A stretch of DNA of 64,000 bases from positions 2,382-66,381 of the forward strand of contig JAQUEY010000002.1 in the NCBI GenBank assembly GCA_028684955.1, written 5' to 3'. Made by a program: the position numbers and the translations under genes. This DNA is from Eubacteriales bacterium (lineage in GTDB: Bacteria; Bacillota; Clostridia; Saccharofermentanales; UBA5734). This document shows, piece after piece, positions 37,948-47,876 of this stretch. Position 1 is the stretch's first letter. Every line of letters begins with the position of its first letter. The notes below the pieces were generated by a model. It ran no database searches. It was given only the letters and a program-made list of their open reading frames with translations, and was not told where the DNA came from.

Positions 37948-38373
37948 ATGGCATTTTTCCAGGACCTTGGCAAGAAAATCACCGAAGGCGTTCAGGACGC
38001 ATCCAAAAAGACAACCGAATTGATTGAGGTCAACAAACTGAAATCTTCGATCTCGAGCGAAAAGGACGCCATCAATGCGACCAAAATCCAGATGGGTGAC
38101 AAAATTTTCGCCATGTTCAATGCCGGCGAGGCGATCCCGGACAACATGACCGACGATGTCCAGGCGATCGTCGCCCGACTGGAGAAAATCACCGAACTGG
38201 AAGGCAAGATCGAAGAGATCCGACTTGCTTCAGAAGCAGAGAAAGCCACTCGGGCAGCTGCCAGTGCAGCGGCTCCTGCCGGCACAGGCGCAACCAAGTT
38301 CTGCACGGGCTGTGGAGCCCCCTTGGCTGAAGGCACTGTTTTCTGCGGCAAGTGTGGCAAGAAACAGGAATAA
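37948..38373 (+). CDS. Coiled-coil + double zinc ribbon protein
   Basis: CTGCGAPLAEGTVFCGKCG; GGAGG RBS. Confidence 0.82.
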   Translation: MAFFQDLGKKITEGVQDASKKTTELIEVNKLKSSISSEKDAINATKIQMGDKIFAMFNAGEAIPDNMTDDVQAIVARLEKITELEGKIEEIRLASEAEKATRAAASAAAPAGTGATKFCTGCGAPLAEGTVFCGKCGKKQE

Positions 38374-38438
38374 CCAGGGCCGTTTAGCGGATCTGGTTGA
38401 TTTGTCCCAGTGAGTGGACCCGCGTCCATCCGTGACTA

Positions 38439-39245
38439 TCAGTGAGCCCCCATCCGGTTGCAATACTGGGTGGGGGTTTCTTGATAGTAATGGCGAAAAG
38501 CCCGATAGAAGGTGCGGATATTGTCAAATCCAGACTGCAAGGCCACATCGAGCTGGGGGGTGCCCTCGAGCAGCAGGTTGGCGGCATGGCGGCAGCGCAG
38601 GCTGTTGAGATAGGCCGTGAGCGAGGTCTGGAAATTTTCGTTGAAGATGTGTGAAAAACGGCTTTTACTGTAGCCGAAATGGCTGGCCAGAAGGGAAAGG
38701 TCGAGTTCTTCCAGGAAATGTTCCTGAAGAAAAGTCAGGATGTCACGGACCAGAACGCTGTTCTGGTCCGTTTCAGCGTCGATCAAATGGGCCATTTCGA
38801 GACAAAGCCCGACCGCGACCTGAACATAGCCACGGTAGATGGTACTGTCTGGAGCGTAGCGTCCACTGGCCAGGATTTCCAGGATGTGCAGCAATTCACT
38901 GGACTGTTGATCGTCGCTGATGACCGTCTGGGCAAAGGTCTTTTTCTGAAGCTGATTTTTGAAAGCAGGGATATAGTCGAGCGGGACAATCAAGAGCAAG
39001 GTGTCTGACTCGACTTCGGTGGAAAAATGATGAACTGTATAGGTTGGGACCAACACAACCTGTCCTGGCAGGACTGTGACGGTTTTGCCATTGAGCGTCG
39101 CTTTCATTTCTCCGCCGCGGACGTAGATGATCTCCAGGCTACTGTGGAAATGCGGCAGGCAATGGTTGTTGGGATAATCCCAGCACACTGGCAGACGATC
39201 GGAGTCACGGGTGTATTCATACGTGCCGGTGGTCGGTTTTTTCAT
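38439..39245 (-). CDS. AraC family transcriptional regulator
   Basis: Cupin N-domain (PHFHSSLE) and C-terminal double HTH (SGFDNIRTFYRAF). Confidence 0.92.
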   Translation of the reverse strand: MKKPTTGTYEYTRDSDRLPVCWDYPNNHCLPHFHSSLEIIYVRGGEMKATLNGKTVTVLPGQVVLVPTYTVHHFSTEVESDTLLLIVPLDYIPAFKNQLQKKTFAQTVISDDQQSSELLHILEILASGRYAPDSTIYRGYVQVAVGLCLEMAHLIDAETDQNSVLVRDILTFLQEHFLEELDLSLLASHFGYSKSRFSHIFNENFQTSLTAYLNSLRCRHAANLLLEGTPQLDVALQSGFDNIRTFYRAFRHYYQETPTQYCNRMGAH

Positions 39246-39424
39246 GGAGGACTCCCTGTTGCAAACCTAGCGATTTTTGTCACTCGATGTTCATATTTTA
39301 GCATGACTTTGCCCTGATGCATTCCTATACTGGTGATAGAAGAAAAAGTTCTGGCTGCTTTCCGGGAAACACTCGCCCCACAAGCTTCGGCCGGATCCAA
39401 GAAATAATTAAAGGAGAACACCTT

Positions 39425-40501
39425 ATGAGCACCATCAAAGCAGGAATCGTCGGTTGTGGCGGAATCGCCACCAATAAGCACATGCCCTCGATCAAGGAAC
39501 TCGGCGGCATCGATCTGGTAGCATTTTGTGACATCGTCGAGGCCCGGGCTGTCAAAGCGAAAGCTGATTTTGGTACAACAGATGCCGTCGTTTTCACCGA
39601 TTACAAGGACCTGGTTGATCTTGACCTCGATGTCGTCTATGTCTGTACGCCGAACCGCTCCCATGCCGAGATCACCATCGCGGCCCTCAAAGCGGGCAAG
39701 CATGTCCTGTGCGAAAAGCCGATGGCCATGAATTTTGCCGAGGCCGAAGCGATGATCGCTGCCCAGAAGGAGAGTGGCAAGATCCTGACGATTGCTTACC
39801 AGAACCGCTTCCGTCCGGACAGCCAGTACCTGAAAAAAGAATGCGAAGAGGGCGTGCTGGGCGAGATCTACTATGCCAAGGCCAAGGCCCTGCGCCGCCG
39901 TGCCGTGCCGACCTGGGGCGTTTTCCTCAATGAATATGAGCAGGGTGGCGGACCGCTGATCGACATCGGCACCCATGCGCTCGACTTGACCCTCTGGATG
40001 ATGGACAACTACGAACCTCACTATGTGGTCGGAACCACTTACCACAAGCTCAACCAGGACACAGCGCCTGGCAATGTCTTTGGTCCCTGGGATCCCACTG
40101 AATTCACCGTCGAAGACAGCGCCTTCGGCTTCATCGTCATGAAAAATGGTGCCACCATCAGCCTCGAGTCGAGCTGGGCCTTGAATCTGATCGATGCCAC
40201 GGAAGCCCGCACCACGCTGTGCGGCACCAAGGCCGGCGCCGACATGGATGACAGTCTGCGTATCAACGGCGTCCGTCACGACCGCATGTACATCACCAAG
40301 CCGCTGCTCGAAGCCGGCGAGGTGGCCTTTTTTGAAGGCGACGCCATGAAAGACCGCGTCCTCGAGCAAAAATGCTTCATTGAAGCCGTCCAGGGTCAGG
40401 GTGAACTGACCGTTCTGCCTGAGCAGGCAGCCATCGTCACCCGCATCCTCGAAGCCATTTACGAGTCAGCCAAGACCGGCCGTCCCGTCTACTTCGACTG
40501 A
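39425..40501 (+). CDS. Gfo/Idh/MocA family oxidoreductase
   Basis: GIVGCGGIA, HVLCEKP, GGGPLIDIGTH; start set at ATG 39425 after AAGGAG. Confidence 0.93.
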   Translation: MSTIKAGIVGCGGIATNKHMPSIKELGGIDLVAFCDIVEARAVKAKADFGTTDAVVFTDYKDLVDLDLDVVYVCTPNRSHAEITIAALKAGKHVLCEKPMAMNFAEAEAMIAAQKESGKILTIAYQNRFRPDSQYLKKECEEGVLGEIYYAKAKALRRRAVPTWGVFLNEYEQGGGPLIDIGTHALDLTLWMMDNYEPHYVVGTTYHKLNQDTAPGNVFGPWDPTEFTVEDSAFGFIVMKNGATISLESSWALNLIDATEARTTLCGTKAGADMDDSLRINGVRHDRMYITKPLLEAGEVAFFEGDAMKDRVLEQKCFIEAVQGQGELTVLPEQAAIVTRILEAIYESAKTGRPVYFD

Positions 40502-40537
40502 TTAAAAACTGCATGGAACGAAGCTGATTTATTTACA

Positions 40538-40565
40538 CCGAAAACGGACCGGGTCCGCTTTTCGG
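40538..40565 (+). terminator. Intergenic stem-loop (terminator or RNA-stabilising)
   Basis: CCGAAAACGGAC...GTCCG-C-TTTTCGG. Confidence 0.5.
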
Positions 40566-40585
40566 GACAATTGGAGGAATCGATT

Positions 40586-41551
40586 ATGAAATTAGGTGTT
40601 TTTACGGTCATTCTTGGTGATTTGCCGCTGGATCAGGCTTTGGCCTATCTGAAGTCACAGGGTGTGCAGGAAGTGGAGATCGGTGTGGGTGGTAATCCAG
40701 GCACGGCTCACGGCGATGCGAAAAAATTTCTCGCCAATCCGGCAGAACTGGAAACATTCAAGGCAACAGTCGATGCGTCAGGAATTGCGATAGCCGCCTT
40801 GTCGGTGCATGGCAATCCGGTCCACCCGAATGCAGAGATCGCCCGCCAGGATCATGAGGATTTTGAAGCAGCCGTTCTGGTGGCTGAGAAGCTCGGGGTC
40901 AAGACGGTCGTCACTTTCTCTGGCTGTCCGGGTGATTCCGACACTGCCACTTACCCGAACTGGGTCGTCGCTTCCTGGCCGACTGAACACCAGATTGTCA
41001 AGGAATGGCAATGGAATGAGAAGCTGATCCCCTATTGGAAGAAAGCTGGCAAGTTTGCCGAGGATCACGGTGTCCGGATTGCGATCGAGATGCACCCTGG
41101 CTTTAATGTCTACAATCCCTCGACCCTGTTGCGTCTGCGCGAAGCCGTCGGCCCAGTGATCGGCGCCAATTTTGACCCGTCCCACCTGTTCTGGCAGCAA
41201 ATCGATCCCGTCGCCGCGATCCGTGCCCTCAAAGGTGCGATCCACCATTTCCATGCCAAGGACACCAAGATCGACCCCTACAACTGTGCGGTCAAAGGTG
41301 TTCTCGAGACCAGCAAACTCAATAGCCTCGGCGAAAGACCCTGGATATTCCGTTCGGTCGGCTATGGTCATGGCGAAGAGACCTGGCGTGCCATTTTCTC
41401 CGAATTGCGTCTGGCCGGATACAACGGCATCATCTCGATCGAGCACGAAGACGGCCTGATGACTCCCAAAGAAGGCTTGGAAAAAGCCATCGAGGTGCTG
41501 AAGCGCACAATCATTTTTGAAGACGACCAAGTCAATATGTTCTGGGCCTGA
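40586..41551 (+). CDS. Sugar phosphate isomerase/epimerase (IolE-like TIM barrel)
   Basis: HGNPVHP, AIEMHP, NFDPSHLFWQ, HFHAKD, SIEHED. Confidence 0.88.
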   Translation: MKLGVFTVILGDLPLDQALAYLKSQGVQEVEIGVGGNPGTAHGDAKKFLANPAELETFKATVDASGIAIAALSVHGNPVHPNAEIARQDHEDFEAAVLVAEKLGVKTVVTFSGCPGDSDTATYPNWVVASWPTEHQIVKEWQWNEKLIPYWKKAGKFAEDHGVRIAIEMHPGFNVYNPSTLLRLREAVGPVIGANFDPSHLFWQQIDPVAAIRALKGAIHHFHAKDTKIDPYNCAVKGVLETSKLNSLGERPWIFRSVGYGHGEETWRAIFSELRLAGYNGIISIEHEDGLMTPKEGLEKAIEVLKRTIIFEDDQVNMFWA

Positions 41552-41583
41552 TGAGCTCGGTTAAAGCAGGAGATAGGAAACAC

Positions 41584-42633
41584 ATGCATACATTTGGCAT
41601 CATTGGTTTCGGTGGCATGGGTGAATGGCACAGCAAACAACTGCTGTCCATCCCGGAAGAATTCACCCTCGCTGCCGTCCATGACATCAATCCAGCTCGC
41701 AATAAGCACGCTTTGGAGGCTGGTATCAAGGCCTACGACACCTTGGATGCAATCCTTGCAGACAAGACAATCGAGACCGTCATCCTCGCCGTGCCGAATA
41801 ATTTCCACAAAGATCTGTCGATCACCGCCATGAAGGCGGGCAAACAGGTAATCTGTGAAAAACCGGTCATGATGAATACGGCTGATCTGGAGTCGGTTCT
41901 TGCTGTGAGCAAAGAAACTGGCAAAGCCTTTTCTGTGCATCAGAACCGGCGCTGGGACCGCGATTACCTGATCGTCAAGAAACTGCTCGACGAAGGCACG
42001 ATTGGCCAGCCATTCTATATTGAATCTCGCGTCCAGGGATCCAAGGGTATCCCGGGCGACTGGCGCTGTGAAAAAATTGCTGGTGGGGGCATGCTGTTTG
42101 ACTGGGGCGTGCACCTGATCGACCAGATGCTGCAGCTGGTTGACAGTCCCGTGGTCGATGTCTATGCGCACCTGTTGTCGGTCAAATTCCCCGGCGTCGA
42201 TGACAATTTCAAACTGATCCTGCGTTTTGCCAATGGCGTGTCAGCCTTGGTCGAAGTCGACACCTATACCTTCATCAATTTGCCACGCTGGCACGTGTCC
42301 GGCACCAGTGGCACCGCCCAGGTCGACGATTTTGCCTGCCATGGCAAAATCGCCAAAGCCAACACCCTCTCGGTGCACTGGGATGAGGGCATCGTCTATA
42401 CCGAGGCTGGCCCGACCCGGACCATGGCACCGCGGGCTAAGGAATCGACCGAGGAGTTGCCTTTGCCTCTGGTCACCAGCGATGCCAAGGACTATTATCG
42501 CCAGTTCGCAGCAGCTGTTTTGCACGGCACACCGCTACCGGTGACTGACCAGCAGATGCTGCGCGTCATGAAAGTGATCGACGCTGCATTTGAGTCAGAA
42601 GCCACGCACCAGTCAATTACGGTCAGTCTCTAA
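41584..42633 (+). CDS. Gfo/Idh/MocA family oxidoreductase
   Basis: GIIGFGGMG, VICEKP, HQNRRWD, GGGMLFDWGVH. Confidence 0.93.
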   Translation: MHTFGIIGFGGMGEWHSKQLLSIPEEFTLAAVHDINPARNKHALEAGIKAYDTLDAILADKTIETVILAVPNNFHKDLSITAMKAGKQVICEKPVMMNTADLESVLAVSKETGKAFSVHQNRRWDRDYLIVKKLLDEGTIGQPFYIESRVQGSKGIPGDWRCEKIAGGGMLFDWGVHLIDQMLQLVDSPVVDVYAHLLSVKFPGVDDNFKLILRFANGVSALVEVDTYTFINLPRWHVSGTSGTAQVDDFACHGKIAKANTLSVHWDEGIVYTEAGPTRTMAPRAKESTEELPLPLVTSDAKDYYRQFAAAVLHGTPLPVTDQQMLRVMKVIDAAFESEATHQSITVSL

Positions 42634-42680
42634 GCTGTTGCCGCAATCCAGTTTTAAAAATCGACCCAAGGAGGTCTTCC

Positions 42681-43409
42681 ATGGCCCAGTTTGCTCTCCA
42701 GCTCTACACTTTGCGTGACAGTTTCCAGACACCTGCAGAATTTTCCAGCCTGCTGGCAGATGTCAAGGCACTTGGTTTCGCCGGGGTCGAGCTGGCAGGA
42801 TCTGGAGGATTGTCTGCCGAGCAGCTCAAGGGTCGCCTGGATGAACTGGGCCTTGATGCTGTCTGCAGCCACGAGATGCCGGATCGTCTGGCTAATCATC
42901 TGGATGAGGTCATCGCCTTTCACCAGACGATCGGTTGCACCAAAATCGCCATTGCCTGGTCTCCGGCAGCCAGTGAAGCAGACCTGACCCAGCTATTTGC
43001 TGTTGTTGCGCAGGCGAAACCCGCACTTGCCACTGCCGGAATCGAACTTTTGTACCACAACCATGACCATGAGTTCAAAACAATTGGATCCGAACAGGCG
43101 ATTGAGCAGATTGCCCGCCATCTGGCCCTGGAGGTTGACACGTACTGGGTCTTTTCAGCTGGCCAGGATGTCCCGGCCTGGTTGATGGCACACCAGGACC
43201 AGATCCGGCTCCTGCACATCAAAGATGGCGACCGGGAGCGACACCCGTGCGCCCTTGGTGAGGGTGAAAATACAATCGACGCCATTCTCACTGCATCAGA
43301 GCGGCTCGGGCTCGACTGGCTGATCGTGGAAAACGACAACCCGGTTCCGGATGGTCTATCCGATGTGGCTCGCAGCATGGCTTACCTGAAAACAGTTGGC
43401 CGGCTCTGA
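42681..43409 (+). CDS. Sugar phosphate isomerase/epimerase (TIM barrel)
   Basis: ALQLYTLRD, YHNHDHEF, EVDTYW, HIKD, VEND. Confidence 0.88.
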   Translation: MAQFALQLYTLRDSFQTPAEFSSLLADVKALGFAGVELAGSGGLSAEQLKGRLDELGLDAVCSHEMPDRLANHLDEVIAFHQTIGCTKIAIAWSPAASEADLTQLFAVVAQAKPALATAGIELLYHNHDHEFKTIGSEQAIEQIARHLALEVDTYWVFSAGQDVPAWLMAHQDQIRLLHIKDGDRERHPCALGEGENTIDAILTASERLGLDWLIVENDNPVPDGLSDVARSMAYLKTVGRL

Positions 43410-43428
43410 TTAACACGCAGAACCAATG

Positions 43429-43461
43429 AAGGGCGGACTGGTATGACCAGGCCGCCTTTTT
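43429..43461. terminator. Intrinsic terminator between convergent genes
   Basis: AAGGGCGG-A-CTGG...CCAG-G-CCGCCTTTTT. Confidence 0.7.
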
Positions 43462-43477
43462 AATTCTGCCAGAATGC

Positions 43478-43885
43478 TCATGGATGGCCAGTCTGTTCGC
43501 TGACCTGCTTTTTCAGGCAATCCGGGCATAGGCCATACAGATTGATTTCATGATAGGTGATCTTGTACCCTGAGGCTGCTTCGAGCTGTTGCTGGATCTG
43601 GTGCAAGGGACAGATTGGTACGGCTTCGCGCCGGCCACAGGCGGTGCAGACCAGATGGTGATGGTGGACCAGACCAGCCTGTTCAAAACGAGCCAGGCCA
43701 TCCTGGAAACGGATCTGCTGGCACAAGCCCAGCTCCAGCATTTTCTCCAAGTTGCGGTATACCGTCGACAGGGCCAGGGACGGGTCTTGTTGATGCGCCT
43801 GCAGCATGATTTCTTCGGCTGACAGCGGGCTGGCAGCCTGATTGATGATCTCCAGCAGGACTTTTCGTTGCCGGGTCATGCGCAT
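43478..43885 (-). CDS. Fur family regulator (probably Zur, by context)
   Basis: TRQRK, LSTVYRNL, HHHHLVCTACG, CxxC; divergent from a ZnuABC-type operon. Confidence 0.9.
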   Translation of the reverse strand: MRMTRQRKVLLEIINQAASPLSAEEIMLQAHQQDPSLALSTVYRNLEKMLELGLCQQIRFQDGLARFEQAGLVHHHHLVCTACGRREAVPICPLHQIQQQLEAASGYKITYHEINLYGLCPDCLKKQVSEQTGHP

Positions 43886-43902
43886 AAAATCCCCTCCTAC
43901 AA

Positions 43903-43931
43903 TTGACAGGTGTTTCCGGGATCATTATAAT
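43903..43931 (+). promoter_or_regulatory. Consensus sigma-A promoter of the metal ABC operon
   Basis: TTGACA-N17-TATAAT, perfect consensus. Confidence 0.85.
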
Positions 43932-43959
43932 TCTAAATGCAAATCACTTGCAACTAGAA
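43931..43959. promoter_or_regulatory. Putative Fur/Zur-family operator
   Basis: TTCTA-aa-TGCAA-atcac-TTGCA-ac-TAGAA dyad overlapping the expected transcription start. Confidence 0.6.
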
Positions 43960-44020
43960 ATCGTCTGGCTGAGTGCCTGATCGCCCGATTTTACACCACT
44001 GTCCTGGAGGAATACGACTC

Positions 44021-44998
44021 ATGAAGGTCAATCTCAAACCAAACGCACTGCGCTTATTCATAACCCTTTTAGTGGCCACCTTGCTGGTCGTAAGCCTGGC
44101 CGCCTGTCAGGCTGCACCTGCTCCGGCAACCGATGCCCCCACAGAATCTGCGACAACAGCCACATCTGCAGCATCCAGCGAGCCGGTTGCACCATCAGCC
44201 GAGACCAGCCAGGAGACACTGACATATGTGACCTCGCTCTACCCGATGTATGTGACAGCCCTGAACCTGACCGCCGGCATTGCCGACGTCGAGGTCATCA
44301 ACATGACCGGCACCATCACGGGATGCCTGCATGATTACCAGCTGTCCCCCGGCGATCTGACGACCATCGAAACTGCTGATGTGTTCATCTACAATGGTGC
44401 CGATCTGGAGAGCTATCTCGACCAAGTCACCAATAATTACCCGGATCTGCCCCTGATCGATGCCAGCACCGGGATCGAACTGCTCGATGCAAACCCCCAT
44501 GTCTGGGTCTCGGTCAGCCTGATGATCCGCCAGGTCGAGGCCATCGCCCAGGGTATGGCTGAGCAGGACCCGTCCAATCGAGAAGCCTATCTTGCCAACG
44601 CCCAGACATACACAGAGAAACTTGCGGCCTTGCGCGATGACTTGCATGCAGCGATTGACCCGCTGGCCAGTCGCGACATCGTGACCTTCCATGAAGCATT
44701 TCCCTATTTTGCCCAGGAATTCGACCTCAACATCGCCGCTGTCGTCGAGCGCGAGCCAGACTCACAGCCCAGCGCTGCGGAGCTGTCCCAGACCATCGAC
44801 CTGATCCGGGACTTGGAAATCCAGGCCATTTTCGTCGAACCCCAGTATGTTGCAGATACAGCCGAGACCATCGCACGCGAAACCGGCGTACCGGTCTATA
44901 CTTTGGACCCGGCTTCCAGCGGACCTCTAGATGACCCCGATGCGTACCTCACCATCATGCGGCTAAATGGTGAGGTCCTGAAACAGGCGCTGCGCTGA
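44021..44998 (+). CDS. Metal (Zn/Mn) ABC transporter substrate-binding lipoprotein
   Basis: Lipobox LAAC; HDYQL, NPHVW, FHEAFPYF, FVEPQY. Confidence 0.9.
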   Translation: MKVNLKPNALRLFITLLVATLLVVSLAACQAAPAPATDAPTESATTATSAASSEPVAPSAETSQETLTYVTSLYPMYVTALNLTAGIADVEVINMTGTITGCLHDYQLSPGDLTTIETADVFIYNGADLESYLDQVTNNYPDLPLIDASTGIELLDANPHVWVSVSLMIRQVEAIAQGMAEQDPSNREAYLANAQTYTEKLAALRDDLHAAIDPLASRDIVTFHEAFPYFAQEFDLNIAAVVEREPDSQPSAAELSQTIDLIRDLEIQAIFVEPQYVADTAETIARETGVPVYTLDPASSGPLDDPDAYLTIMRLNGEVLKQALR

Positions 44999-45050
44999 CG
45001 TCACACCCACCATTGGCCAATCTTGATCGAAACGTGAGAAGCGAGGTCCT

Positions 45051-45827
45051 ATGAGCGAATCGATTCCTGAACCCATTGCCTGTGCCTGCAAGCATCCGTT
45101 GCACCAGCTCAAAGTCGAGCACCTGTCCGTTGTGCGCGATGGCCAGACCATCCTCCATGACATCAGCCTGACCTTGCATTGCGGCGAGATTGTCGCGCTG
45201 GTCGGACCGAATGGGGGAGGGAAGAGCACGCTGCTGAAAGCGATCGTCGGCGAGCTGCCGGCTACCGGGGGTGTGATTTTCAAAGACAATCATGGAAAAG
45301 TCTTCATCCAGCCCAAGGTGGGCTACCTGATGCAGCACCTCGAATATGATCGTCAATCGCCTCTGTCTGTCGCCGATCTTCTGTGTGCCAATCGCAGCCG
45401 CTGGCCGGTCTTTCTCGGTCACAGCCCGAAAAACCTCAAGGCAGTCCTGGAGCTCTTGCGGCAAGTCAAGGCGGAACATTTGATCGACAAACCTCTGGGT
45501 GGCCTGTCCGGGGGCGAGCTGCAGCGCGTGCTGCTGGCTCTGGCCCTGGACCCGCTGCCTGATATCCTGCTGCTCGATGAGCCAGTCTCAGCCCTCGACA
45601 AAGACGGCAAGCAGCTTTTCTACGAGCTTGTCCGAGACCTGCGCGATCGTTACGATTTACTCACCCTCATCGTCTCCCATGATCTCGACATCATATCCCA
45701 GTTTGCCGATTCGGTTGTCTATCTGAACCGTACAATCCAAGCCGCAGGTCCGATGCAGGAGATCCTGGCCAGCGGTCAGTTCCTGGATGCCTTTGAACCC
45801 CTGCGCGTCGAAGGGAGGCGCATCTGA
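45051..45827 (+). CDS. Metal ABC transporter ATP-binding protein
   Basis: GPNGGGKS, LSGGELQR, LLDEP, SHD. Confidence 0.92.
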   Translation: MSESIPEPIACACKHPLHQLKVEHLSVVRDGQTILHDISLTLHCGEIVALVGPNGGGKSTLLKAIVGELPATGGVIFKDNHGKVFIQPKVGYLMQHLEYDRQSPLSVADLLCANRSRWPVFLGHSPKNLKAVLELLRQVKAEHLIDKPLGGLSGGELQRVLLALALDPLPDILLLDEPVSALDKDGKQLFYELVRDLRDRYDLLTLIVSHDLDIISQFADSVVYLNRTIQAAGPMQEILASGQFLDAFEPLRVEGRRI

Positions 45828-46654
45828 TGGACACCTCCTGGCTCTCGGTCCTGCCCCTGCCCTTTCTCCAGTATGAATTCATGCGCAATGCCTTCCTCGG
45901 CATCCTTCTGATCGCGCCGCTGTTTGGCCTTTCGGGCACCTTGGTGGTCAGCAACCGCCTGTCGTTCTACTCCGACGCCCTGGGCCATTCGGCCTTGGCC
46001 GGCATCGCCATCGGCACTCTGATCGGCCTTCAAGACCCTCTCGCTGCCCTGATAATTTTTTCCATTTTGTTTGGGCTGGCAATTACCATGGTCAAGAACC
46101 GCGGCCGGGCATCGACCGATACCATCCTGGGCATTTTCTCCGCCTCGGCGGTTGCCCTGGGCATCGCCCTGCTCTCCCGCAGTGGCGGCTTTGCCAAATA
46201 CAACCGCTATCTGGTCGGCGACCTGCTATCCATCCAGCCTGGTGACCTGATTGTGCTGGGCGTGGCCCTGCTGGGCCTGGTCGTGTTCTGGTCCCTGGCC
46301 TACAATTCGTTGATGATCTTTTCCATCAACCCGGCTCTGGCTCGCAGCAAGGGCATCCGGGTCCGTCTGGTTGAGAATGCCTTTATGGCGATCATCGCCA
46401 TTCTGGTAGCGCTGTCGATCCAGTGGGTCGGCACGTTGCTGATCAATGCCCTGCTGATCCTTCCTGCCTCCGCTGCCCGCAACATTGCCCGCGACGTCCG
46501 GCAGTTCCACATCCTGTCCCTCCTGTTTGCCTGGATCAGCGGCATCAGCGGACTGATCTTGTCGTATTACCTTGATATGGCATCCGGCGCTACCATCGTC
46601 CTGTGCAGTGCCGTTTTGTTCGCCCTGACCTATGCTTTTACCGAGAAACGCTGA
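45827..46654 (+). CDS. Metal ABC transporter permease (ABC-3 family)
   Basis: DALGHSALAG, GDLLSI, VGTLLINALLILPA. Confidence 0.92.
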   Translation: MDTSWLSVLPLPFLQYEFMRNAFLGILLIAPLFGLSGTLVVSNRLSFYSDALGHSALAGIAIGTLIGLQDPLAALIIFSILFGLAITMVKNRGRASTDTILGIFSASAVALGIALLSRSGGFAKYNRYLVGDLLSIQPGDLIVLGVALLGLVVFWSLAYNSLMIFSINPALARSKGIRVRLVENAFMAIIAILVALSIQWVGTLLINALLILPASAARNIARDVRQFHILSLLFAWISGISGLILSYYLDMASGATIVLCSAVLFALTYAFTEKR

Positions 46655-46730
46655 TCGATGACTCAACCGAGCCTAGTTTATCCTTGATCCTACGCCTGGG
46701 TCATTGGACAGCCTGTCTCCCAAACATGAA

Positions 46731-46770
46731 AAAAGCCATCCCCAGCTTGTTGTGACTGGAGATGGCTTTT
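46731..46770. terminator. Bidirectional intrinsic terminator
   Basis: AAAAGCCATC-C-CCAG...CTGG-A-GATGGCTTTT. Confidence 0.8.
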
Positions 46771-46815
46771 ATTTGTGGTGCGCCACGCATGGCGCTTAAC
46801 TAGGCCATGAGCAGA

Positions 46816-47817
46816 TCAGACTTCGATTTCGTTGTTCCAGCTCATCATGGCGCGCAGCTCGCGGCCAACCTGCTCGACCTGGTGCTCGGTTTCGAGACGG
46901 CGGCGAGAGAGGAAGTTGGGGCGGCCGGCCTGATTCTCGAGGATCCAGTTGCGGGCAAAAACGCCTTCCTGGATTTCCTTTAACACTTGGCGCATTTCGT
47001 TTTTGGTGTCCTCCGTGATGATGCGGCGGCCGACCATGTAATCGCCGTATTCGGCGGTGTCACTGACAGAGTAGCGCATCAGGGTCAGACCGCCCTGGGC
47101 GATCATGTCAACGATCAGCTTGACTTCGTGGACACATTCATAGTAGGCATTTTCCGGGTCATAGCCAGCTTCGACGAGGACTTCGAAACCCGCCTTCATC
47201 AGTTCGGAGACACCGCCGCACAGGACTGCCTGTTCGCCAAAGAGGTCGGTTTCGGTTTCTTCGCGGAAGGTGGTGCCCAAAAGGCCACCTCGGGCACAAC
47301 CAATGCCGTAGCCATAGTCAAATGCGATGTCCTGGGCCTTGCCGGTAGCATCCTGATAGACAGCGAAGAGTCCGGGAACGCCACGGCCCTGCTGGTATTG
47401 GAAGCGGACGGTGTGGCCAGGGCCCTTGGGAGCGATGAGGACGACGTCGACGTCAGCCGGCGGCACGATGCGATTGAAATGGATATTGAAACCATGGGCA
47501 AAGGCCAGGGTCTTGCCGGCGGTCAGGTGCGGCTTGATGCTCTTTTCGTAGAGCTCAGGCTGTTTCTCATCATTGATCAGGATCATGATCATGTCAGCCA
47601 TAGCGGCGGCATCCGCGGCAGTGGCAACTTTCAGGCCGGCGGCTTCGGCTTTGGCCCAGGATTTGCTGCCCTCGTACAGGCCGACAACCACATTGAATCC
47701 GCTCTCGTGCAGGTTTAAAGCATGGGCATGACCCTGGCTGCCATATCCGATGATGGCGATGGTCTTGCCATCGAGGGCATGGGTGCGGCATTCGTCGGTT
47801 TTGTAAATTTTCTTCAT
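46816..47817 (-). CDS. ilvC: Ketol-acid reductoisomerase
   Basis: [41 protein letters not shown]; start set at MKKIY after GGAGG. Confidence 0.97.
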   Translation of the reverse strand: MKKIYKTDECRTHALDGKTIAIIGYGSQGHAHALNLHESGFNVVVGLYEGSKSWAKAEAAGLKVATAADAAAMADMIMILINDEKQPELYEKSIKPHLTAGKTLAFAHGFNIHFNRIVPPADVDVVLIAPKGPGHTVRFQYQQGRGVPGLFAVYQDATGKAQDIAFDYGYGIGCARGGLLGTTFREETETDLFGEQAVLCGGVSELMKAGFEVLVEAGYDPENAYYECVHEVKLIVDMIAQGGLTLMRYSVSDTAEYGDYMVGRRIITEDTKNEMRQVLKEIQEGVFARNWILENQAGRPNFLSRRRLETEHQVEQVGRELRAMMSWNNEIEV

Positions 47818-47876
47818 GGTCTTCCTCCTAGAGTGTTTAACAAATAAATTCGATTGGAATTGACATGGATGAGATT

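Noticed and set aside
16840-38373. Prophage, ICE or IS origin of the accessory block
   Set aside because: No integrase, transposase, tRNA attachment site, phage or conjugation genes, or clear flanking direct repeats were seen
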